Shown: positions 19,887-28,606 of the stretch, piece by piece
Numbering within the stretch: the stretch's first letter is position 1
How the letters are laid out: the number at the start of each line of letters is the position of its first letter
The notes under the pieces: generated by a model
Database searches by the model: none
Seen by the model: only the letters and a program-made list of their open reading frames with translations
What the model was told of the DNA's origin: nothing
Assembly: GCA_902774285.1 (NCBI GenBank)
Contig: CACYHO010000001.1
Location: 202,077 to 266,076 of the forward strand
Length of the DNA: 64,000 nt
Reading direction: 5' to 3'
From: an uncultured Pseudomonadota bacterium
GTDB taxonomy: Bacteria; Pseudomonadota; Alphaproteobacteria; Rs-D84
Position numbers and translations under genes: made by a program

Positions 19887-20668
19887 GTTTGATTCCTTTT
19901 TTCAAGTGCATTAACGACTTCTGTTGCTACGCGCAGATAAGCCTGGGCCCCGGTTGATTTAAAATCATAAAACAAGGCTGGTTTTCCGTGACTTGGTGCT
20001 TCTGAAATGCGAACATTACGCGGAACAACTGTTTTAAAAACTTTGTCACCAAAAGTGTCGCGCACATCTTCTTCTACTGCGCGTGTAAGCCCAAGTTTTT
20101 TATCGTACATAGTTAAAACCATTCCCAAAATATCCAGGTTTGGATTCCATTTTTGTTGTATTGCCTTTATTGTGGAAAGCAAATGTTGAACACCTTCCAG
20201 GGCAAAAAATTCGCATTGCAACGGTATAATCACATAATCTGATGCCGATAATGCGTTTATTGTTAGCATACCCAAATTAGGCGGGCAATCTATAAGAATA
20301 TAATCATAGGCATCTTTTATAGCATTTAAAGCGTCACGAAGTTTGTATTCGCGGTTTTCCAAATCAAGCATATCTAATTCTGCACCGGCCAATTTTGCAG
20401 ATGCTGGCAACAGATGCATATTTGGAACAGCAGTTGTTAATATGTTTTCAGCAATACTTGCAGTGCCCATTAATACGCCGTATACACTTTGTTTGTGGGA
20501 TGCGCGAACAAAACCAAGACCGGTTCCTGCATTGCCTTGCGAATCAAGGTCTATTAATAATACGCGTTTTTTTATTGCGGCAAGTGATGCGGCAATATTA
20601 ATGGCGGTTGTTGTTTTTCCAACCCCGCCCTTTTGATTTGCAAATGATATTACTTTTGCCATTTTCAA
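19868..20668 (-). CDS. parA: chromosome partitioning ATPase ParA (Soj)
   Basis: Deviant Walker A KGGVGKTTTAINIA. 266 aa. Confidence 0.9.
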   Translation of the reverse strand: MKMAKVISFANQKGGVGKTTTAINIAASLAAIKKRVLLIDLDSQGNAGTGLGFVRASHKQSVYGVLMGTASIAENILTTAVPNMHLLPASAKLAGAELDMLDLENREYKLRDALNAIKDAYDYILIDCPPNLGMLTINALSASDYVIIPLQCEFFALEGVQHLLSTIKAIQQKWNPNLDILGMVLTMYDKKLGLTRAVEEDVRDTFGDKVFKTVVPRNVRISEAPSHGKPALFYDFKSTGAQAYLRVATEVVNALEKRNQTCHLNF

Positions 20669-20757
20669 CTTTCCCTTGTGTTTGAAAACAGCATAAAAAA
20701 AAGAAAAAAAATAGTCAATATAAATTTAAAATTGACTTTAATCAATAACTTATTTGT

Positions 20758-20773
20758 TGTTTCATGTGAAATA
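20758..20773. promoter_or_regulatory. parS-like centromere site TGTTTCATGTGAAATA (14/16 to consensus TGTTTCACGTGAAACA)
   Basis: Near-consensus parS between the rsmG stop and the parA start. Confidence 0.55.
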
Positions 20774-20778
20774 AATGC

Positions 20779-21339
20779 TTATTTTACATTTGATATGCAT
20801 ATTATAAATCCGTCGCCTGTTTCGGATTTGTATAATTTGTAATCAAATTTATATTTGGTTTTTGCGGTATTGATTTCTGATTCTATTTCCCGGCCTTTTA
20901 ATAAAAAAAGCCGGCATTTTGTTTTGTGTGTATAATCTAGAATTTTAATCAATGGCGCAAAAGCGCGTGCGGTAAATACAAATTTGTCGGCCTTTACCGG
21001 TGTTTTTGAAAGAAATTTTTCTATTCTGTCATTGATAATTGTAAGGTTTGGTAGATCAAGTTCTTGTTTTAATGTTTCCAGAAATCGTGTTTTTTTGCCA
21101 ATTGATTCGATGCATGTAACGTTCCAACCCATTGTGGCCAAAACAACACCCGGAAATCCGGCGCCGCTGCCCAGATCAATAATGTTTGTATCTTTGGGCA
21201 AGAATTTAGCCAATTGCGCGCTGTCTTTGATGTGTCGTGTTTGGATGTCGCTTAAAGTACTTGGTGCAACCAGGTTCATCTTTGTTGACCAATCTTTAAG
21301 CAGGTTTTCGTATTTAATAAATTTTTCTTCTATTTTCAT
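20779..21339 (-). CDS. rsmG: 16S rRNA (guanine527-N7)-methyltransferase RsmG (GidB)
   Basis: SAM-binding DLGSGAGFPG. 186 aa. rsmG-parA-parB synteny. Confidence 0.88.
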   Translation of the reverse strand: MKIEEKFIKYENLLKDWSTKMNLVAPSTLSDIQTRHIKDSAQLAKFLPKDTNIIDLGSGAGFPGVVLATMGWNVTCIESIGKKTRFLETLKQELDLPNLTIINDRIEKFLSKTPVKADKFVFTARAFAPLIKILDYTHKTKCRLFLLKGREIESEINTAKTKYKFDYKLYKSETGDGFIICISNVK

Positions 21340-21364
21340 AAGATTTATTCTAACATATTTTATT

Positions 21365-22981
21365 ATGAAAGGAATTAAAAGTTTTTATACAGTGCCGTTT
21401 TTTATTACGGTCGTTGTTTTTTGCTCTGCGTTGTTGGGGCAGAAAGTGTTTGATATGGGTGTTAAAAATCAAGGGCAGGTTGGTGCTGTTTTTGATACAG
21501 ATTTTGGTTCTTTTTTGGCGGCACAGCATGCGCTTTATATAAACGATTTTGAAAACGCTTCAAAGATGATAAGCGAAGTCAAAGCCGACAATAAAGATAT
21601 CAAACAAATCAAGAATTTAACAGAGTTTTTTGGTGGTAAAATGCCGCAAAATGCGGAATCTTTCAAAGATTCAAAAGATGTTGTTGAAAGATTGATTTAT
21701 GATGCGTTTTTGATTCAAAAAGATGATTGGAAATCTGTTTATAAACGTCATAATAAAGATAGTTCTATTTTATCTGCGCCAATTCGTATATTTTCTGGTT
21801 CAAAAACCAAAAATCCAAAAGATACCGCAAAATTCATAGATTCTATAAAGGCAGATGCAAACTGGAAATCTTTTGTTCGTGGTCAAATTGCTGTTTTGAA
21901 TAATGATATTGATACGGCGGCAAAAGAATTTGCAAAGGTTCATCCAGATTTTATGAACGTTAACGATTATCTTTATTTAATGTCGTTTTATAAACAAAAT
22001 GGCATGTTTGAAGATATGGATATTTTGCGTGATGACTTTTTGGCCAAGGTTGGCGGAATGTATATGTTGAATTATACAGATGTTCCAGATTGGTCTAATT
22101 ACGAAGGATATAAAAATAATCTGGTTTTCAGTTTGGTTCAAACTATATCGCACACACAAATAATGCTTTATACAGATTTGTCTTTGATGTTTTTGCGTTT
22201 CGCAGAAATTATTTCTGATGGGACAAATATGGACGCTATAAATTACTATTTGGGGCAATATTATTATTATAATTCTGGCGATTATGAAACCAGTTTTAAC
22301 AAAATTCAAAAATCAAGCCCATTATATTTGTTTGGACAATTAAAAATTGCAGAAAAAACAGGTGATTTCAAAGCGATAGAAAAGATTGCAAAAAATAATC
22401 CTTGGTTTGTTCCGGCCATTCAAATTGTTGGACGTGAAAGCATAAAAAACGGCAATAAATCGCGTGCGCTGTCGGTTCTTAATCGTGCGTTAAAGCAGAA
22501 AAATTTACCAGTTGACGGTCAGGTATATTTTCTTAAACAACGTGCGTATGTTTATATTATGTTTGGTGATGCAGACAAAGCACAAAAAGATTTAAGTACC
22601 ATTAAAAGTTTAACTGATAAAATATTGCCAGATGCGATGCTTTTACAGGCGCGCGTTTGGACTTTACAAGACAGAAATTTAGAAGATGCATACTATTATG
22701 TTATGGCATTGATAAAAATAAATACTTCCGATGTTTCTGCGTGGGATTTGTTAAGTGTTATTGTTGATAAAAAAGAAGGTGTAGAAAACGCATTGGAAAT
22801 ATTAGAACGTGTTGGCGAAGTCACACCAACATCATCAGTTTATGAACATCTTGGTGATTTTTATAATAAACAAGGTGATATAGAACGTGCAAGAAAAGCA
22901 TATAATCATGCACTTGATTTGTCTGATGATGGTTTGATTGTTGTGCCTTTTGTTCAAAAGAAGATAAGGAAATTAAAATGA
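21365..22981 (+). CDS. TPR-repeat protein with N-terminal TM/signal segment
   Basis: Start moved to MKGIKSFY (21365), because the upstream part of the ORF-track frame is antisense to rsmG. Hydrophobic N-terminus, C-terminal TPR-like helical repeats (...YEHLGDFYNKQGDIERARKAYNHALDL). 538 aa. Confidence 0.55.
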   Translation: MKGIKSFYTVPFFITVVVFCSALLGQKVFDMGVKNQGQVGAVFDTDFGSFLAAQHALYINDFENASKMISEVKADNKDIKQIKNLTEFFGGKMPQNAESFKDSKDVVERLIYDAFLIQKDDWKSVYKRHNKDSSILSAPIRIFSGSKTKNPKDTAKFIDSIKADANWKSFVRGQIAVLNNDIDTAAKEFAKVHPDFMNVNDYLYLMSFYKQNGMFEDMDILRDDFLAKVGGMYMLNYTDVPDWSNYEGYKNNLVFSLVQTISHTQIMLYTDLSLMFLRFAEIISDGTNMDAINYYLGQYYYYNSGDYETSFNKIQKSSPLYLFGQLKIAEKTGDFKAIEKIAKNNPWFVPAIQIVGRESIKNGNKSRALSVLNRALKQKNLPVDGQVYFLKQRAYVYIMFGDADKAQKDLSTIKSLTDKILPDAMLLQARVWTLQDRNLEDAYYYVMALIKINTSDVSAWDLLSVIVDKKEGVENALEILERVGEVTPTSSVYEHLGDFYNKQGDIERARKAYNHALDLSDDGLIVVPFVQKKIRKLK

Positions 22982-23841
22982 AAATAGCTGTTTTTGGAGC
23001 GGGGGCATGGGGCACTGCGCTGGCTTATACGTGTGCAAGATCTGGTAACGAAGTTATCCATTGGGGTTTTAATGGTTTGTTTGATGGGTTGACAGATTTA
23101 GAAAAGCCAGAAAATGTTACAAGAACTGCAAATATGGCAGATTTAGAGACCTGCGAATATTGGTTAATTGTAACACCTGCGGCTTTCTTTCGTGAAACTG
23201 TTAAAAAAATGCGCGCGGTTTATGATAATCAGCCGATTTTGATTTGTACCAAGGGTATGGAAGGCGAAACTGGTGAATTTATGTCTGAAATTTTAAATGC
23301 TGAAATTCCAGAATGTAAAGATTTTGGTGTGTTGTCTGGCCCACAATTTGCACGCGAAGTTGCGATCGGGGTTCCAACTGGTTCGACCATTGCCGGAAAT
23401 GAACGCGTCAGGGCAGGGGGGCATATCGCATTATCAAAACTTTATTTGCAAGATTGTGAAGATTTTATCGGCGCACAAATTTGCGGTGTTGGTAAAAATG
23501 CAGAATCTTTAATATCTGGTTATTTGACAATTAAAAGTGGTGGCGAAAATGAAAGGGCGCTTATATTCACACGTGCATGGGATGAAATAGTTAATATTGC
23601 TGTCCAAATGGGGGCAAGTTGCGGGACGTTCCATGGTCTTTGTGGTGTTGGTGATTTGTTCCTTTCTGCTACATCTTCAACCAGCCGTAATTTTTCAGCC
23701 GGCGAAGCAATTGCGCGTGGTGAACAATATGCAGGAACTGTAGAGGGTATATTCGCACTTCGTGGCCTTATCCACAGGGCACAAAAGTTGGGTATAAAAA
23801 CACCAGTGCTGATTGAGATGAAAGAAAAAATGGGCTTATAA
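22978..23841 (+). CDS. gpsA: NAD(P)H-dependent glycerol-3-phosphate dehydrogenase (divergent, with internal deletion)
   Basis: MKIAVFGAGAWGTALA Rossmann start, then LICTKG, GVLSGPQFAREVA and NxxRxxL-like regions. 287 aa is short for GpsA. Confidence 0.7.
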   Translation: MKIAVFGAGAWGTALAYTCARSGNEVIHWGFNGLFDGLTDLEKPENVTRTANMADLETCEYWLIVTPAAFFRETVKKMRAVYDNQPILICTKGMEGETGEFMSEILNAEIPECKDFGVLSGPQFAREVAIGVPTGSTIAGNERVRAGGHIALSKLYLQDCEDFIGAQICGVGKNAESLISGYLTIKSGGENERALIFTRAWDEIVNIAVQMGASCGTFHGLCGVGDLFLSATSSTSRNFSAGEAIARGEQYAGTVEGIFALRGLIHRAQKLGIKTPVLIEMKEKMGL

Positions 23842-24837
23842 TTATCTTGTTGGTATAGGGTTCCAAATTCTTTCGTAATATACAAAATACAAAGCCTCTT
23901 TAAATGCAGATTTATTTAAATCTTGCATTATTTTTGGAAGAAGTTTTAATTGTCTGTTTTCGTCCAAATATGGTGTCATAATTTTACGACCAGAATTTTC
24001 ACCCAATGTTACGCGTCCAAAGTTATCAAAAGCAACTAATTTTAATAGCTTTCCTCGGTTTGGTTGTACAAAGGCAAATTGTGGATACTGTATGTGTTTT
24101 GCTTCTGGATTTTTTGATGCACGTCCACCGTCAAACAAGTTTGCAAAACTGTGTTGAAAGAGCATCTTTTCGTTAATTGATAACAAATGTTCGTTTGAAT
24201 CAAGAGATATTAATTCTTTGGTTTTGAATTTTGATTTTAATTGATGTTCAAATTCTTGAACCATTGGTTCTTGGCCAACAAAAGAAGCCATGTTAATCAT
24301 AACAGGTAATCCAGCCAATTCTTGAATAAATTTCAAATTATTTTCAAAACAATTTGTGTGATATTTATCCAAAGACAAAGATATTTGAATTTTTGGTAAT
24401 CTATACTCTTTTGGGGCATTATCAGTTATAACTTTGCGCAGGTCTTTAAAAATTTCTTGACCAAAAGAGGTGTTTACCCATCCGGCATTGGTTTTTATGT
24501 CGACCCCGATATTATTCTGAATTGCAAAATTTAATAAATTTGGAATGTATTTTTTGTCGCCGAATTTATACGATGAAAATATTTCCCCGCCAGTAAAAAC
24601 AACTTCGTTAATAAAAAGCGGGTCTTGTTTAGCCTGGTTTAAAATTTCGAATATTGTTTCTTGGGGAATATATGTTTTTTCTTGGTCTGGACCGGCCTTT
24701 TCGCAACAGTGCGGACATTTATACCAACAATAGTGGGTTGTTTTAAATATCAAATAATAAGGTGCGTGTTTTACTAGTTGCAAACATTCGCCTGCAAAAC
24801 GGATATTTTGTTGTAAAGTTTTTAATGGTTTTATCAT
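23842..24837 (-). CDS. radical SAM domain protein, function unknown
   Basis: CWYKCPHC (CxxxCxxC) near N-terminus, then a glycine-rich SAM motif VVFTGGE. 331 aa. No SPASM-like C-terminal Cys cluster seen. Confidence 0.55.
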   Translation of the reverse strand: MIKPLKTLQQNIRFAGECLQLVKHAPYYLIFKTTHYCWYKCPHCCEKAGPDQEKTYIPQETIFEILNQAKQDPLFINEVVFTGGEIFSSYKFGDKKYIPNLLNFAIQNNIGVDIKTNAGWVNTSFGQEIFKDLRKVITDNAPKEYRLPKIQISLSLDKYHTNCFENNLKFIQELAGLPVMINMASFVGQEPMVQEFEHQLKSKFKTKELISLDSNEHLLSINEKMLFQHSFANLFDGGRASKNPEAKHIQYPQFAFVQPNRGKLLKLVAFDNFGRVTLGENSGRKIMTPYLDENRQLKLLPKIMQDLNKSAFKEALYFVYYERIWNPIPTR

Positions 24838-24894
24838 GTGTTATATAATTACACAAAAAACAAAATTGTCAATAAAAAATATTAGTCTAAAATC

Positions 24895-24922
24895 TTGCAA
24901 ATATATAAATATATTTTATAAT
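24895..24922 (+). promoter_or_regulatory. candidate sigma70 promoter for pnp (-35 TTGCAA, 16 bp, -10 TATAAT)
   Basis: Hexamers read directly from sequence, ~115 nt upstream of the pnp start. Confidence 0.35.
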
Positions 24923-25037
24923 CCGTATCAGGTCGCGAAGATAGAATTGTTCTTTCTTGTATTTGATTTTTGGAAGAATACAAAAACGAATAATTTTTCT
25001 TCGCAAAATTATGAACAAACAAAAAATGGAGAAATAT

Positions 25038-27200
25038 ATGTTTGGAATGTTTAAAAAAGGCGAAAAACATGTTTTGAATAATCCAGTCACTGTTGAATTC
25101 CAATATGGTGATGAAAAGGTTATTTTGGAAACAGGTCGTTATGCTAAACAGGCAACTGGTGCCGTTATGGCAACAATGGGTGGCACAATGGTTTTGGCAA
25201 CTGTATGTGCAGAAAAAACAGCAGTAGAAGGCCAAGACTTCTTTCCACTGACCGTTGATTATCAAGAAAAGTATGCATCTGCTGGTCGTATCCCAGGATC
25301 ACGTGATCGTCGTGAAGGCAAAGCAAGCGTAAGTGAAACTTTGATTGCACGTTTGATTGACCGCCCAATCCGTCCACTGTTCCCAGAAACATTTAAAAAC
25401 AAAGTTCAAATCATTGCTCAGGTATTTTCTTACGATAAGAAAAACCAACCTGATATTTTGGCTATGATTGCGTCCAGTGCTGCTTTGGCAATTTCTGGTG
25501 TTCCTTTTGCGGGTCCAATTGGTGCAGCACGTGTTGGATACAAAGATGGTAAATATTTGTTAAACCCATCCAAAAAAGAAGTTGAAGAATCACAAATGGA
25601 TTTGGTTGTTGCCGCCACAAAAGATGGTGTGTTAATGGTTGAATCTGAAATTGGTGAATTGGATGAAAAGACAACTTTGGGTGCTGTGAAATTCGGTTTT
25701 GATCAACAACAAACTGTTATCAAGGCTATTAACGAATTTGTTGAAAAGGCTGGCAAAGAACCTTGGGCAATCCCAGAACACAGCGAAGAATATGTTGTTA
25801 TGGAAAAAGATTTCGAACAATATGCAAACGAAATTACTGATGCTTTGTTAATCAAAGAAAAATTGGTTCGTTTGGATACTTTGGCTGAAATTCATGCAAA
25901 AGCAAAAGCGCGTATCCCAGAATTGTTCCCAGAAACAACTACTGCTACATCTACATTGGAATCTTGGGCAGATGAAATTGTCGAAGGTATTACCGCACGC
26001 ATTATGCGCAGCAATATTTTGGAAGGCAAACCACGTATCGATGGTCGTGATACAAAAACAGTTCGTCCAATTGAAATCGAATTGGGTATCTTGCCACGCG
26101 CACATGGTTCTGCTTTGTTCACACGTGGTGAAACACAAGCCCTTGTTTCTTTGACATTGGGTGGTGGCAAAGATGCATTACCAATCGAATCTTTGGATGG
26201 TGATGATGAACGTGATTTCATTTTGAACTATAACTTCCCAGGTTATTCAGTTGGTGAAGCAAAAGGTTTGAAATCCCCAGGTCGTCGTGAATTGGGACAT
26301 GGTAATTTGGCATGGCGCGCTGTGCATCCAATGGTTCCAACGCGCAGCGAATTTGATTATGTAATCCGTATTTGTTCTGATATTTTGGAATCTAATGGTT
26401 CTTCATCAATGGCAACAACATGCGGTGCTACATTGGCAATGATGGACGGTGGTGTTCCAATGAAACGTCCTGTTGCGGGTATTGCTATGGGATTAATCAA
26501 AGAAGGCGATGATTACGCAATCTTGACAGATATCTTGGGCGACGAAGATCACCTTGGCGATATGGACTTTAAAGTTACTGGGACAGATCAAGGTATCACA
26601 GCATTGCAAATGGATATTAAAATCACATCTATCACATTTGAAATTATGGAACATGCTTTGGCCCAGGCAAAAGATGGCCGTATGCATATCTTGGGTAAAA
26701 TTGAAAAGGCAATTAAGGCTCCACGCAAACAATTGTCTGAATTTGCACCACAAGCATACACAATGAAAATCGATCCTGACAAAGTTCGTGATGTAATCGG
26801 CAAAGGTGGTTCTGTTATCCAGGCTTTGACACGTGAAACAAATACTCAAATCGAATTAGAAGACGATGGCAGTATTAAAATTATGGCTGCAGATAAAGAA
26901 AATGCAGAAGAAGCTATCAAACGCATCAAAGAAATCGTTGCAGAACCAGAAGTTGGCGAAATCTATGAAGGTGAAGTCAGCGGTATCAAAGATTTCGGTT
27001 TGTTTGTAAAGATTTTGAAAAACTTTGAATCTTTGGTTCATATTTCTGAAATCACTGGCGAAAGATTGGCAAAAATCGAAGATGCTAAAATCAAAGTTGG
27101 TGATAAAGTTTTTGTAAAATACTTGGGAACAGATAAACGCGGTAAAACACGTTTGTCTATGGTCGGTATTGATCAAAAAACAGGTAAAGAAAAGAAATAA
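25038..27200 (+). CDS. pnp: polyribonucleotide nucleotidyltransferase (PNPase)
   Basis: Two RNase PH domains, then KH (VIGKGGSVIQAL) and S1 (GEIYEGEVSGIKDFGLFVKI) domains. Start chosen at MFGMFKK (25038) within the ORF-track frame. Confidence 0.92.
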   Translation: MFGMFKKGEKHVLNNPVTVEFQYGDEKVILETGRYAKQATGAVMATMGGTMVLATVCAEKTAVEGQDFFPLTVDYQEKYASAGRIPGSRDRREGKASVSETLIARLIDRPIRPLFPETFKNKVQIIAQVFSYDKKNQPDILAMIASSAALAISGVPFAGPIGAARVGYKDGKYLLNPSKKEVEESQMDLVVAATKDGVLMVESEIGELDEKTTLGAVKFGFDQQQTVIKAINEFVEKAGKEPWAIPEHSEEYVVMEKDFEQYANEITDALLIKEKLVRLDTLAEIHAKAKARIPELFPETTTATSTLESWADEIVEGITARIMRSNILEGKPRIDGRDTKTVRPIEIELGILPRAHGSALFTRGETQALVSLTLGGGKDALPIESLDGDDERDFILNYNFPGYSVGEAKGLKSPGRRELGHGNLAWRAVHPMVPTRSEFDYVIRICSDILESNGSSSMATTCGATLAMMDGGVPMKRPVAGIAMGLIKEGDDYAILTDILGDEDHLGDMDFKVTGTDQGITALQMDIKITSITFEIMEHALAQAKDGRMHILGKIEKAIKAPRKQLSEFAPQAYTMKIDPDKVRDVIGKGGSVIQALTRETNTQIELEDDGSIKIMAADKENAEEAIKRIKEIVAEPEVGEIYEGEVSGIKDFGLFVKILKNFESLVHISEITGERLAKIEDAKIKVGDKVFVKYLGTDKRGKTRLSMVGIDQKTGKEKK

Positions 27201-27215
27201 TATAAAGGTATTATT

Positions 27216-27575
27216 GTGGCTATAGTTGATAAAGCACAATGGAGAGACAGTGACTGGGCAGCCTATTTAGGCTGCTCTGTTGCCGATGTGGCTAAATACA
27301 GGGAAATATTAAACGGCATGTTTCAAACTGGTATCGCGCAAATAACAGATACTGGTAAATATCGTTTTGAAATGTACAGATATGATATTACACCATCTGG
27401 ACAAAAAAGATTGTTTTTAAAATTAAGTGGAAACAATACTTTTGATACTTATGAAGCAGCACTTAAAGACGCGAATACAAACATAATTCCAAAAATGCAT
27501 CTAAGTGATTTTTGGGAAAGACACTTGGGTGTCCCTGCACGGGCAGTCCAAATGATGTTGATAAACGGAAGATAA
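27216..27575 (+). CDS. hypothetical protein (119 aa) with atypical codon usage
   Basis: ORF between pnp and ybaB. Arg is mostly AGA/AGG here versus CGT elsewhere in the window. No recognisable motif. Confidence 0.4.
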   Translation: MAIVDKAQWRDSDWAAYLGCSVADVAKYREILNGMFQTGIAQITDTGKYRFEMYRYDITPSGQKRLFLKLSGNNTFDTYEAALKDANTNIIPKMHLSDFWERHLGVPARAVQMMLINGR

Positions 27576-27586
27576 AGGAATAAACA

Positions 27587-27877
27587 ATGGATATGGAAGC
27601 ATTGATGAGCCAAGCACAAAGTCTGCAAAATAAAATTGCCGCTGCACAAGAAGCGCTTGGACAAATGCAGGTTCGTGGAATAGGGGGCAACGGTAATGCA
27701 GTTGTCACTATGACTGGCAAATATGATGTGGTATCTGTTGTTATTCAACCTGGTGCGCTGGAAGGTGGTGCTGTGACTGTTTCTCAGTATGTTTTTGATG
27801 CATATAAAGATGCCAAAGAAAAAGCAGACGCTTTGATTGAAAAGACTATGAATGAAGTCACTGGGACCTTGGAATAA
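27587..27877 (+). CDS. ybaB: nucleoid-associated protein YbaB/EbfC
   Basis: 96 aa. MxxLMxQAQxLQxKxxxAQEEL ... GGNGxVxVxxxG pattern typical of YbaB. Confidence 0.85.
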   Translation: MDMEALMSQAQSLQNKIAAAQEALGQMQVRGIGGNGNAVVTMTGKYDVVSVVIQPGALEGGAVTVSQYVFDAYKDAKEKADALIEKTMNEVTGTLE

Positions 27878-27885
27878 AAACAATA

Positions 27886-27973
27886 TTGTCATCCTGAGGG
27901 AGTATGTGCGACGCGAGGATCCACAGGAATAAACTTTATATTATGGATTCTCACGCTTCGCTCAGAATGACAA
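27886..27973 (+). repeat. nested imperfect palindrome (~88 nt) predicted to form a long hairpin
   Basis: Outer arms TTGTCATCCTGAG / CTCAGAATGACAA (12/13 complementary). Inner arms GCGACGCGAGGATCC / GGATTCTCACGCTTCGC (imperfect). Single copy in the window. Confidence 0.4.
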
Positions 27974-27987
27974 AAAGATTACAAATG

Positions 27988-28016
27988 AAAAACCGGCATA
28001 AAGCCGGTTTAAATTT
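27988..28016 (+). terminator. rho-independent terminator (CCGGCATAAAGCCGG + T-run) after ybaB
   Basis: 5-bp GC stem followed by TTTAAATTTT. Confidence 0.5.
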
Positions 28017-28093
28017 TGGTGGGCGTTAAGGGACTCAAACCCCTGACCCTCTCGGTGTAAACGAGATGCTCTAATCAACTGAGCTAAACGCCC
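28017..28093 (-). tRNA. tRNA-Val (anticodon TAC)
   Basis: Reverse complement GGGCGTTTAGCTCAGTTGATTAGAGCATCTCGTTTACACCGAGAGGGTCAGGGGTTTGAGTCCCTTAACGCCCACCA. Anticodon loop TTTACAC. Confidence 0.85.
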
Positions 28094-28194
28094 GAAGTGA
28101 TAACAATATTACCTTATTTTTTTTATTTGTCCAGAAATAATTTTTATATTCATCTTTTTTATGGTATAATTCATAAAAACAGTAGGGGGATTCC

Positions 28195-28596
28195 GTGAAA
28201 AAATTATTTATAGCATCTTTATTAATGGCCTTTGTATTTGATGCGAATGCTGTTGTTAATACGCGAAATCATACAGCAGAAAGATTTGCAGCAGAACAAG
28301 AATTAGAAATGAGCGAAGCCGAAGCAATCACAACCCTTGAAAGCGATATTGCAATATTGGATGCAGAAATTGCCAAATGTGAAAAATCTAAAAAAGGTTG
28401 GATTGCCGCGACAGTTATTGGTTCTGCTGGTGTTGTTTCAACTGGTATTGCCGCCGGGGTTCAAGGTGTGAAAATCAAGGAACAAAAAGATACAATTGCG
28501 TCAAAAAATAAAGAAATTAAAGATTTGGATGCCCAAATAGAAAATAAAAATAAAGACATCAAAGAAACAAACGCTGCAGCCACAATATATAAATAG
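28195..28596 (+). CDS. hypothetical secreted/membrane coiled-coil protein with glycine-zipper segment (133 aa)
   Basis: Signal peptide, coiled-coil, KCEKSKKGWIAATVIGSAGVVSTGIAAGVQGV hydrophobic glycine-zipper, then Lys-rich coiled coil. The N-terminal module is paralogous to the next ORF. Confidence 0.5.
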   Translation: MKKLFIASLLMAFVFDANAVVNTRNHTAERFAAEQELEMSEAEAITTLESDIAILDAEIAKCEKSKKGWIAATVIGSAGVVSTGIAAGVQGVKIKEQKDTIASKNKEIKDLDAQIENKNKDIKETNAAATIYK

Positions 28597-28606
28597 GTAA
28601 AAAACT

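Noticed and set aside
20984-21364. Upstream extension of the long plus-strand ORF 20984-22981
   Set aside because: The extension is antisense to rsmG for ~350 nt. The plausible start is MKGIKSFY at 21365, where the hydrophobic N-terminus begins.
23768-23776. Perfect DnaA box TTATCCACA
   Set aside because: Single occurrence inside the gpsA coding sequence. No cluster of boxes or AT-rich DUE nearby, so it is not evidence for oriC.
25848-27239. Several minus-strand ORFs (96-127 aa) inside pnp
   Set aside because: Antisense to a highly conserved PNPase coding region. Cys/Phe-rich translations typical of antisense frames in AT-rich DNA.
27449-27892. 147-aa minus-strand ORF
   Set aside because: Completely overlaps ybaB, whose identity is clear, on the opposite strand.
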